In this document: piece after piece, positions 56,008 through 63,902 of the stretch | Position numbering within the stretch: position 1 is the first letter of the stretch | Layout: every line of letters starts with the position of its first letter | Assembly: GCA_963746485.1 (NCBI GenBank) | Contig: CAVVBL010000008.1 | Span: 8,418-72,417 of the forward strand | Length of the DNA stretch: 64,000 bases | Direction: 5' to 3' | Origin: an uncultured Actinomycetota bacterium | GTDB taxonomy: Bacteria > Actinomycetota > Actinomycetes > Streptosporangiales > Streptosporangiaceae | Notes under the pieces: model-generated | Seen by the model: only the letters and a program-made list of their open reading frames with translations | What the model was told of the DNA's origin: nothing | The model's database searches: none | Made by a program: the position numbers and the translations under genes

Positions 56008-56873
56008 CTAGTCGTGCGGCGGCAGCACGCGGCGCCGCAGCCAGTCGTACCAGCCCTGCATGCCGTCACCGGTGGTGACCGACAGCTGCAGCAGCATCGC
56101 GTCGGGCGCAGTCCGGCGCAAGTCTGACATGTACTGCCTTACGTCGAAGTCGACGTAGGGCAGCAGGTCCGTCTTGTTCAGCAGCACCAGGTCCGCCTGC
56201 CGGAACATGTGCGGGTACTTCAGCGGCTTGTCCGCGCCCTCGGTCACGGAGGCGAGCACTACCTTCGCTTCCTCGCCGAGGTCGAACAGTGCCGGGCAGA
56301 CCAGGTTGCCGACGTTCTCGATGACAACGATCGACCCGCTCGGCGGATCGAGCCCCCGCAGGCCCTGCGCCACCATATCCGCGTCGAGGTGGCAGCCAAC
56401 CCCGGTGTTGATCTGTACCACCGGGCTGCCGGCTGCCTGGATGCGCTTGGCGTCCAGCGCCGTCTCCTGATCGCCCTCGATTACCGAGATCGACATCCTC
56501 CCGGCAAGTTCCCTGGTCGTCCGCTCAAGCAGCGTGGTCTTGCCGGAGCCGGGTGAGCTCATCAGGTTGATCGCCAGGATGCCACGGTCCCGGAGCCACT
56601 GCCGGTTGGCCCGCGCCAGGTCGTCGTTCTTGGCGAGCACTTTCTGCTGCAGCTGGACCGTCCGCCCGGCGCCGGACGCATCCGCGATCTGCGCGTGGCC
56701 CGCGTCCTGGCCGGCGGCCCGTGCTCGTGCTCGTGCTCGTGCGCCCCGTGCTCGTGCGGCCCGTGCTCATGCGCCCGGCCAGGGTGGCCGCCGCCAAGCC
56801 AGGCAGGCACTGGCCGGTCCGGCGCCAGCAATGTGATCAGGGCGCCGGAAGAGCAGCCGCATGTTCCGCACAT
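56008..56873 (-). CDS. hypB: Hydrogenase nickel-incorporation GTPase HypB (N-terminal metal-binding part in a different frame)
   Basis: The GTPase core (SSPGSGKTTLL, ENVGNLVCP, LLNKTDL) lies in the 56008..56640 frame. MCGTCGCS plus the His-rich HEHGPHEHGAHEHEHEHG stretch starts at ATG 56873 in another frame. The junction is near 56700-56722. Confidence 0.85.
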
Positions 56874-56875
56874 AA

Positions 56876-57205
56876 CTAAGCCACCTGCACTGACGTTATC
56901 TTGAGGTCCTGGCCGGCAAGGACGGTCACCTCGGCGCTCCCGCACGGGCACATGGCGATCGGTCCGTCTGGCTCGAAATCCCTGCCGCAGATCCGGCAAC
57001 GGCATACCGCGGGCGGCTGGGCGATCTCCAGCGTGGCGCCCTCGAGGCTGGTCCCCTCAGTGACCAGGTCGAAGCAGAATCGGACAGAGTCAGCGACCAC
57101 GCCCGACAGTGCGCCGATCTCGAGCCGGACACAAGTGACCCGCCGGCCGGGCAGGCGCTCCCGTACCGCGTCCACCAGACCCTCGGTAATGGCCAGTTCG
57201 TGCAC
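56876..57205 (-). CDS. hypA: Hydrogenase nickel metallochaperone HypA
   Basis: MHELAI start with zinc motifs CRCRICG and CPCGS. Its stop lies 2 nt before the hypB ATG. Confidence 0.9.
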   Translation of the reverse strand: MHELAITEGLVDAVRERLPGRRVTCVRLEIGALSGVVADSVRFCFDLVTEGTSLEGATLEIAQPPAVCRCRICGRDFEPDGPIAMCPCGSAEVTVLAGQDLKITSVQVA

Positions 57206-57236
57206 TGCTTCGCCTTAGTCGTGGATGGGATGAGTG

Positions 57237-58499
57237 TCAGCAGATCCGCGGTAGCGGGTCGCCGACCAGCAGGTCGACGATCCGGGTGCCGCCGAATGCC
57301 GTCTTGAGCTGGACAATGCCGGGCGGCTGCGCGGTGATCGTCCCGATCGCGGCGGCGCCCGTGCCCTGCGGATGAGCCCGCAGCGCCGCCAGTGCGCCAT
57401 CGGCGTCCTCCGGGCTGACGACGGCTACCAGCCGGCCCTCGCAGGCCACGTACATCGGGTCGATGCCCAGCAGCTCGGAGGCGCCGCGTACCTCGGCGCG
57501 GACCGGGATGTCCCCCTCGGTCACGATCACGCCGACGCCTGCTGCCACGGCGATCTCGTTGAGGATGGTGGCGACGCCGCCCCTGGTCGCATCGCGCAGC
57601 GCCCGGACGCCTGGTGCCGCCGCCAGCAAGCTCGCGACGAGGCCGTTCAGAGGCGCGGTATCCGAGCAGATATCGGCCTCGATATCCAGCTCGCCGCGGG
57701 CCAGCATGATCGTGACGCCATGGTCGCCGATCGGGCCGGAGACCAGGACGACGTCACCGGGGCGGGCCCGGGCAACTCCCAGGTCCAGGCTGTGCTCGAT
57801 GACCCCGACGCCGGCGGTGTTGATGTAGCAGCCGTCCGCCTTGCCTTTCTGCACGACCTTGGTGTCGCCGGTGACGACCTGCACGCCGGCCGCCACTGCG
57901 GCGGCCTGCATGGAGGCGACGATCCTGGTCAGGTCGGCAACAGGGAAGCCTTCCTCGAGAATGAACCCGGCGGACAGGTACAGCGGGACCGCGCCTGCCG
58001 TGGACAGGTCATTGACGGTGCCGTTCACCGCGAGGTCGCCGATGTCACCGCCCGGAAAGAACAGCGGCGAGACCACGTAGGAGTCGGTGGTCAGCGCCAC
58101 CCTGGCGCCGTTGACATGCAGCCGCGCCGCGTCCTCGAGCGGCTCGAGCAGCGGATTGCGGAAGGTGTCGAGGAAGACCGCCTCGATCAGCGTCTGGGTC
58201 GCCTTGCCGCCCGCCCCGTGCGACATGGTGATGCGGTCTTCCTTCACCCGCGGCCGCGCGCGCCTGGCCCGGTCGATGCGCTCCAGCACCAGTTCCTCGC
58301 GCACGGTTCCCGGCAGCGGCTGCGGTGAGCCGTGCCGCTCGAAGCGGGCGGTCTCCCCCTGGACCTGCTCGTCGTGCTCGCGCAGCGCCCGCTCGACCCA
58401 GCCCGCGCTGGCCGCGGCCTCGTCCGGCGCAGCCGGCGCGCCGCCGTCAGGGGCCGTACCGGCCGCGACGCCAGGGGAATCCAGGTGACCGCGGGTCAT
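57237..58499 (-). CDS. hypE: Hydrogenase maturation protein HypE (with N-terminal extension)
   Basis: MSHGAGGKAT, AIR-synthase-like fold motifs, and C-terminal PRIC. ATGA overlap with the hypD stop gives a 420-aa product. Confidence 0.9.
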   Translation of the reverse strand: MTRGHLDSPGVAAGTAPDGGAPAAPDEAAASAGWVERALREHDEQVQGETARFERHGSPQPLPGTVREELVLERIDRARRARPRVKEDRITMSHGAGGKATQTLIEAVFLDTFRNPLLEPLEDAARLHVNGARVALTTDSYVVSPLFFPGGDIGDLAVNGTVNDLSTAGAVPLYLSAGFILEEGFPVADLTRIVASMQAAAVAAGVQVVTGDTKVVQKGKADGCYINTAGVGVIEHSLDLGVARARPGDVVLVSGPIGDHGVTIMLARGELDIEADICSDTAPLNGLVASLLAAAPGVRALRDATRGGVATILNEIAVAAGVGVIVTEGDIPVRAEVRGASELLGIDPMYVACEGRLVAVVSPEDADGALAALRAHPQGTGAAAIGTITAQPPGIVQLKTAFGGTRIVDLLVGDPLPRIC

Positions 58500-59623
58500 G
58501 ACGGGCTCGCCTCCCGGACGCGCTGCCGGGTGAGACGGCCGTAGTTGTAGTACGCCGCGCAGGCTCCCTCCGGCGAGACCATGCAGGTGCCGATCGGGGT
58601 CTCCGGCGTGCACGCGGTGCCGAATACCTTGCACTCCCAGGGCTTCAGCACGCCCTTGAGCACCTCGCCGCACTGGCATGCCTTGGGATCGGCCACCCGC
58701 ACGCCGGGAACGGAGAACAGCCGCTCGGCGTCAAAGCGGGCGTACTCCTCGCGGACGGCCAGCGCGGAATGCGAGATGAAGCCGAGACCACGCCACTCGA
58801 AGTAGGGCCGAAGCTCCATGGTCTGGCCGATCGCGCGTAGTGCGACCGGGTTGCCGTCCCACGGGACGACGCGGGAGTACTGGTTCTCTATAGTCGAGGT
58901 GCCCTGCGACAGCTGCAGCATCAGCATGTAGATCGACTGCAGAATGTCCAGCGGCTCGAAGCCAGCGACGACCACGGGCTTGCCGTAGTCGCGGGCGATG
59001 AACTCATAGGGACGGCAGCCGATCACGGTGGACACGTGACCGGGGCCGATAAACCCGTCCAGGCGCAGGTCAGGCGAGTCGAGGATGGCCTTGATCGCCG
59101 GAATGATCGTCACGTGATTGCAGAAGACCGAGAAGTTCGGCAGGCCCTCGGCGGCGGCGCGCAGCACGGTCATGGCCGTCGACGGGGCGGTCGTCTCGAA
59201 GCCGATCGCCATGAACACCACGCGCTTGTCCGGGTTCTGCCGCGCGATCTTCAGTGAGTCCAGCGGCGAGTACACCATCCGGATGTCGGTGCCGCGGGCC
59301 TTCGCGTCGAAGAACGAGCCGTTGCTGCCGGGCACCCGCATCATGTCGCCGAACGACGTCATGATCACGTCCGGGTCGCTGGCCAGGGCCATCGCGTCGT
59401 CGACCCGGCCCATCGGGATCACGCAGACCGGGCAGCCGGGGCCGTGGACCAGCGTGACCTGCTCGGGCAGGTAATCCTCGAGCCCGTGCTTGTAAATGGT
59501 GTGGGTGTGGCCGCCGCACACCTCCATCAGCTTGTACTGGCGGCCGGGCTCGCACAGCGCCGTGATCCGGGCGGCGAGGGCATGGGCCTTGTCAGCGTCG
59601 CGGAACTCATCGACAAACTTCAT
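58496..59623 (-). CDS. hypD: Hydrogenase maturation protein HypD
   Basis: MKFVDEFRD start with motifs CGGHTH, GPGCPVCV and FETTAP. Confidence 0.93.
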   Translation of the reverse strand: MKFVDEFRDADKAHALAARITALCEPGRQYKLMEVCGGHTHTIYKHGLEDYLPEQVTLVHGPGCPVCVIPMGRVDDAMALASDPDVIMTSFGDMMRVPGSNGSFFDAKARGTDIRMVYSPLDSLKIARQNPDKRVVFMAIGFETTAPSTAMTVLRAAAEGLPNFSVFCNHVTIIPAIKAILDSPDLRLDGFIGPGHVSTVIGCRPYEFIARDYGKPVVVAGFEPLDILQSIYMLMLQLSQGTSTIENQYSRVVPWDGNPVALRAIGQTMELRPYFEWRGLGFISHSALAVREEYARFDAERLFSVPGVRVADPKACQCGEVLKGVLKPWECKVFGTACTPETPIGTCMVSPEGACAAYYNYGRLTRQRVREASPS

Positions 59624-59635
59624 CGCGTCGCCCCT

Positions 59636-59908
59636 CTACTCGATCCGGGATTCGGCCAGCGCGGCCAGCTCGTCCTCGTAGGCCTGGCCGATGCCCTCGA
59701 GGAACTGCAGGGCCGCCGCGGCCTCTGCCTCGTCGATCTTGGACAGCGCGAACCCGACGTGGATCAGCACCCAGTCGCCCGGCTCGAGCTTGTCGTCCTC
59801 CAGCAGGCCCACGTTGATCACCCGCCGGACACCGCTCACATCGACCCTGGCCAGGTCTGGCTGGTCGGGCAGGAACTCGATCACCTCACCGGGAATCCCG
59901 AGGCACAT
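59636..59908 (-). CDS. hypC: Hydrogenase assembly chaperone HypC/HupF
   Basis: MCLGIPGEV N-terminus with the essential Cys2. 90 aa. Confidence 0.9.
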   Translation of the reverse strand: MCLGIPGEVIEFLPDQPDLARVDVSGVRRVINVGLLEDDKLEPGDWVLIHVGFALSKIDEAEAAAALQFLEGIGQAYEDELAALAESRIE

Positions 59909-60436
59909 GGGCCCACCCCTTCGTGGTTAGTCGGTGCTCGTCGGACCCGGCCGCGCCGGCAACGAGATCCATGATCACGGCGACCGCCTCGTCGACGGCC
60001 GCGGCTACCGGCTCGCTCAGCCCGATGCCGTAGTCGACGCTGGCGGGCTCGCAGCCGACGACCAGGACCTGGCGCTCGGCCGCATCGAGCATTCCGAGCA
60101 TGCCGAGCACGATGTCCGGCTGCATGCCATGCGCGTTGAACAGCGGGCTCGCCGCCAGTCCGGCATCGTCGTCCGCCGCCGGCACCGCCGCGGGTTCCGG
60201 CTCGATGACGTAAATCGTGCCGGGCTCGCCGCCGCGGGCGGTCGCGTCCACCAGGATCGCAGAGCTGTAGCCCCCCGCCAGGTCGTAGGCCAGGTGCATG
60301 CCCCTGATGCCGTAGTCGACCACCTGCGCCCAGTCCGGCAGGCCCGCTCCGGCGAGCGGCCCGCCACCTCGACGCCGAAGCCGTCGTCGCCGAGGAAGAT
60401 GTTGCCGACGCCCGCGATCAGGAGCCTGCCGCTCAT
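59886..60436 (-). pseudogene. Hydrogenase maturation endopeptidase (HybD/HupD family), apparent frameshift
   Basis: The N-terminus MSGRLLIAGVGNIFLGDDGFGVEVAGR lies in the 60436 frame. The remainder (LAGAGLPDWAQVVDYGIRGMHLAYDL...ILVDA...GEPGTIYV) lies in the 59886..60458 frame. One nucleotide appears to be missing near 60355-60360. Confidence 0.8.
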
Positions 60437-61152
60437 GGCGCCGCCACCGCCCCGCCACCGCCGTCGAGCGCCGCCTGGCACAGCTCCCAGAGCACGTTGT
60501 ACATGGTGGTCTGGGCCTCCTGGATGCGGTGAACCGAGGCCGAGGGAGCGACGAACAGGTAGTCGATGCTGTCGAGCTCGGCCATCTTGCCGCCGGAGTA
60601 GCCCGCGATGCCGACCGTCAGCATGCCGCGCCTGCTCGCCTCATCGAAGGCCCGCAGCAGGTTGTCTGAATTGCCGCTGGTCGACATGCCGACGGCGATG
60701 TCAGCCCTGCCGCCGAAGGCGGCGATCTGCCGGGCGAAGACGACGTCCACGCCGATGTCATTGCTGAGGGCTGTCAGCACGGACGCGTCACTGGCCAGGC
60801 TCAGGGCTGGCAGCGGCGTCGCCGTCCCGCCGGGATACAGGAACAGCGTCGCCAGCTGCTGCGCGTCGGTTGCGCTGCCGCCGTTGCCGAAGGCCAGCAG
60901 CCGGCCGCCCGCGGCGAACCGCGCGGCCATGTCCCGCGCGCAGGCGACCAGGCGGGCGCCGTCGGCAGCCCGCACCGCCCGCCGCAGCTGCAGGATCTCC
61001 TCCGTCTTGGCGACCGTCGACTCACGCACCTGCTCAAGGACGGCGGACACATCCGTCGTGCCGGAGTACAGGAACGGGTAAAGAGACTCGATCGAGCCTT
61101 CCGGTCCGTGCTGCGTCACCGGCGTGCTCCCGCGTGCGGATCGCTGCGTCAC
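60433..61152 (-). CDS. SIS-domain protein (GmhA/phosphoheptose-isomerase-like)
   Basis: LLAFGNGGSATDAQQLATLF and GMSTSGNS motifs. ATGA overlap with the protease gene and GTGA overlap with the upstream HypC-like gene. Confidence 0.8.
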   Translation of the reverse strand: MTQRSARGSTPVTQHGPEGSIESLYPFLYSGTTDVSAVLEQVRESTVAKTEEILQLRRAVRAADGARLVACARDMAARFAAGGRLLAFGNGGSATDAQQLATLFLYPGGTATPLPALSLASDASVLTALSNDIGVDVVFARQIAAFGGRADIAVGMSTSGNSDNLLRAFDEASRRGMLTVGIAGYSGGKMAELDSIDYLFVAPSASVHRIQEAQTTMYNVLWELCQAALDGGGGAVAAP

Positions 61153-61358
61153 CGGGGCACCACCGCGATCGCCTCCCTGGCGTGGACCAGGATTCTGTCG
61201 CCGACCGCGGCGGTCACCAGGGCCACGCTGACTTCCTCGGTGCCCTGGCCGGTGTCGACGAGAGCCAGCTCGTCGTCGAGCAGCCGGATCACTGTGACCT
61301 GGACAGCGGCGTCCGAGCAGGTGATGCAGACCTCGTCATGGCACTCGGGCACGCTCAT
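61149..61358 (-). CDS. HypC/HupF-like small protein (non-canonical N-terminus)
   Basis: 69 aa. OB-fold-like VQVTVIRLLDDELALVDTGQGTEEVSVALV..VGDRILVHAREAI, but the Cys motif is internal (EVCITCSD) rather than at the MC start. Confidence 0.65.
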   Translation of the reverse strand: MSVPECHDEVCITCSDAAVQVTVIRLLDDELALVDTGQGTEEVSVALVTAAVGDRILVHAREAIAVVPR

Positions 61359-61999
61359 GCTACGACTCCGGGTGCCAGCACTCCGGGCTGCTCGAAGAAC
61401 ACGTGCACGAGTTCCCAGAGCACGTGATAGGCGGTGACCTGGAGCTCCTTCACGATGCGGGGATCGGCTGAGCGGGTCACCAGCAGGTGGTCGACGGCAG
61501 GGCAGGCGGCGATGGCGCCGCCGTCGCCGCCCACCAGCGCGATCGTGAGCATCCCGAGCTCACGGGCGGTGAGCAGGCCGGACAGGACGCTGGCGCAGTT
61601 GCCGTCAGCGGAGATGCCGAGCGCAATATCCGCGGCCGAGGCGAGATAGCGCAGCTGGTGGCTGAAGATCGCGGCCATCCCGCTGCTGGCGGCGATGCCG
61701 GTCACGGTGGCGACGTCGGAGGTCAGCGAGATGGCCGGCAGCGCCCGCTTGCCGACGATGACGGGGTGCACGAACTCGACCGCGACGTGCTGGGCGTCGG
61801 TGCTCGGGCCGCCGGTGCCGAAGACCACGAGCTTGCCGCCCTCATGGAACCTGATCGCCATCTGGTGACACGCGGCCGCCACGGCGCCGGCCTGCGCGCC
61901 GAGGTCGCGTACCGGCTGCTCCCTGCGCTCGAACAGGTCGCTGACCGAAGGCGCGGGCGGTCCTGAGCCGGGCGGGGCCGCCTGCGGCCGCGGGCTCAC
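61355..61999 (-). CDS. SIS-domain protein (GmhA-like, second paralog)
   Basis: LVVFGTGGPSTDAQHVAVEFVHP and GISADGN motifs. GTGA overlap with the YceI-like gene and ATGA overlap with the HypC-like gene. Confidence 0.8.
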   Translation of the reverse strand: MSPRPQAAPPGSGPPAPSVSDLFERREQPVRDLGAQAGAVAAACHQMAIRFHEGGKLVVFGTGGPSTDAQHVAVEFVHPVIVGKRALPAISLTSDVATVTGIAASSGMAAIFSHQLRYLASAADIALGISADGNCASVLSGLLTARELGMLTIALVGGDGGAIAACPAVDHLLVTRSADPRIVKELQVTAYHVLWELVHVFFEQPGVLAPGVVA

Positions 62000-62571
62000 G
62001 AGCCCTGCCCCTGGTCTGCGTCCGCCGACAGGTCGATGTCGGCTTCCACCTCGACGGCGTCGGCCACCCTGAGCGAGCCGAGGAAGGCGGAATACGGCTT
62101 GATGCCGTAGCCGGTCTGCCGGACGGTCGTGGTAGCGCGGTAATGGCCGGGCTCAGGCTGGCTGACCGCGAGCCGCTGCGGCCCGGACTTGCCCGCCAGC
62201 GCCAGCGTGCCGATGATGGTGCCGCCGGTGCCGGTCGCATCCGGCTCGAAGCCGGTGGCGGTGAAGGTCGCCTGCGGGTACCGGTCGGCGCCCAGCACCT
62301 TGCGGGCGCTGACGGCGATCTCGCGCTTATCCCGGTCGCTCAGCGGCTTGATGCCGCCAGTCCCGTCGCGCACGACCAGCGCCCCGAGATCAATCGTGAC
62401 GGTCAGGGCCGATGGCGCGAGGTCCTGCTCCACGACGAGCTCGCCGGTCCACCTGACTGCGTCGATAGTCAGATCATGACCGGCCGAAGCGGCCAGCCCG
62501 TCGCGGAAGGTCCGTAAGGTAATCCGGCCTGTGTCCGTGCCGAACTGGTGGCGTCCCGGGTGAATCGCCAT
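61996..62571 (-). CDS. YceI-like (polyisoprenoid-binding lipocalin-fold) protein
   Basis: 191 aa. GRITLRTFRDGLAASAGHDLTI..WTGELVV...TFTATGFEP...GTLALAGKSGPQRL is typical of the YceI family. Start set at ATG 62571 within the 475-aa composite ORF. Confidence 0.75.
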   Translation of the reverse strand: MAIHPGRHQFGTDTGRITLRTFRDGLAASAGHDLTIDAVRWTGELVVEQDLAPSALTVTIDLGALVVRDGTGGIKPLSDRDKREIAVSARKVLGADRYPQATFTATGFEPDATGTGGTIIGTLALAGKSGPQRLAVSQPEPGHYRATTTVRQTGYGIKPYSAFLGSLRVADAVEVEADIDLSADADQGQGS

Positions 62572-62663
62572 AGCAGAACCGTAGGACACAAGTGGGGGGA
62601 CGTCCAGTGATCCCGCAAGACAGGTCTGGCCATTCCGCGCAATTGCCTGAGGCACGTGCATGG

Positions 62664-63423
62664 CTATGGCAGCGGGACTTCGCCGAACACTTCCTGAATT
62701 CGCCGCAGGTCGCGCATTCGCGGCTCGGTCGCACCGCCGACCCACCTGCTCACGGTCTTTACCGAAACACCGAGCTGACGTGCGGCCGCTTCCTGCGTCA
62801 GCCCTTCCCGGCGGAGCGCGCTCGACATCCACTCGGCGAATGTCTCCGGCTGCTCCTGTGCCGGGACCGGCGGGCCACCCGGGCCGGCCTGGCCCGGCGC
62901 ATCCGCCGGTACCGCGTACAGCCCGGCGGCGGCCTGACCGCCCGCCGGCGACCGGTACGGCGTGACTGGCTGGACAGATGTGACTGGCTGGGCTCCGGTG
63001 GCAGGCGGTGCAGCTGCGGGCGGGCCTGCTGGGGGGAAGGCTGTAGGTGCGCGGCGGTCCCGGCGTCACCGGCGACTGGATGGCCGTGTCGGAGTGCAGG
63101 ACGTCTACCTCGACATGCTCAGGGAAAATGCGGAAGGCAACCTGAATCGAGCCGGTCGGCCCGGCCGCGTCGAGCAGCGCGCGGAAGACCGTCTCGCCGA
63201 CCTCGCGGGTGCCTTCCTCGGTCAGCGGGGACTCAGCCAGGCACCTCCGGACGAAGTCCCTGATGTCCGGGATGGAGGACGGCCGTGCCGGGAACACCTG
63301 GGAGAGCACGACGACGGGCACGACCTCAATCGGCGTCCCTGAGGGTCCGTAGATGGGCTCCGCCACCGGTCTTTCTCCCTTTGCGCGCACCCCATGGTGC
63401 AGCGCCCCGGGGTTGGTAGCCAA
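62664..63423 (-). CDS. Putative regulator: RsbW/anti-sigma-like N-terminal domain, Pro/Ala linker, C-terminal XRE-type HTH (two frames)
   Basis: The N-terminal FPARPSSIPDIRDFVRRCL...IQVAFRIFPEHVEVDVLH lies in the 63423 frame. The HTH ETFAEWMSSALRREGLTQEAAARQLGVSVKTVSRWVGG..RDLRRIQEVFG lies in another frame and ends at TAG 62664-62666. The probable junction is the G6 run at 63031-63036. Confidence 0.45.
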
Positions 63424-63457
63424 TGTACGTCGTGCGCGCGCTGCCGGGAACCCCGAG

Positions 63458-63472
63458 GTGGCTTTCAGCCAC
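63458..63472. promoter_or_regulatory. 6-3-6 palindrome GTGGCT-TTC-AGCCAC in the divergent hydrogenase control region
   Basis: Read directly from the sequence. Lies 35 nt upstream of the regulator ORF start, inside a 479-bp lower-GC intergenic region. Confidence 0.25.
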
Positions 63473-63902
63473 TTGCGCGCGCCTTTAGCCGAGCCGTTTC
63501 CGCCAATCTGGTCCAGTCACAAATGGGCTGAGCGTTCTGGTGCTCATGACCGGATTTCCACCATAGTGTGCCACGCGAGAGGACATTTCTGTCCGGTGAA
63601 GTGACTGGTCCGTCTTGTCGGCGGGAAGTGGCAGGTCTAGCATTGCGTCCGTCGCGCATCACCGAAGGCGAGGTGCGTTGTGAGCAATTTCGCCGGCGCA
63701 GTTTCGCTTGCCGCCGCGCCATTACCGATCTTGCCGCGGTCATGCGCGCCGGCACGGGAACATGGCGGGGGAGTACCGGTATGCCGGGGTCCGGGGAAGG
63801 CCTTTTTTCCCGCTGCCCGCCGCACCGGTCATCGCCACCGCACCGACCGGGTTGAGCCCGGCCAGCATCCAGCCGTCTCACAAGTCAGGAGGTGGCCTCG
63901 CG

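Noticed and set aside
56715-56780. CACGAGCAC-type microsatellite
   Set aside because: It encodes the His/Glu-rich nickel-storage stretch of HypB (HEHGPHEHGAHEHEHEH), which is a normal feature of that protein.
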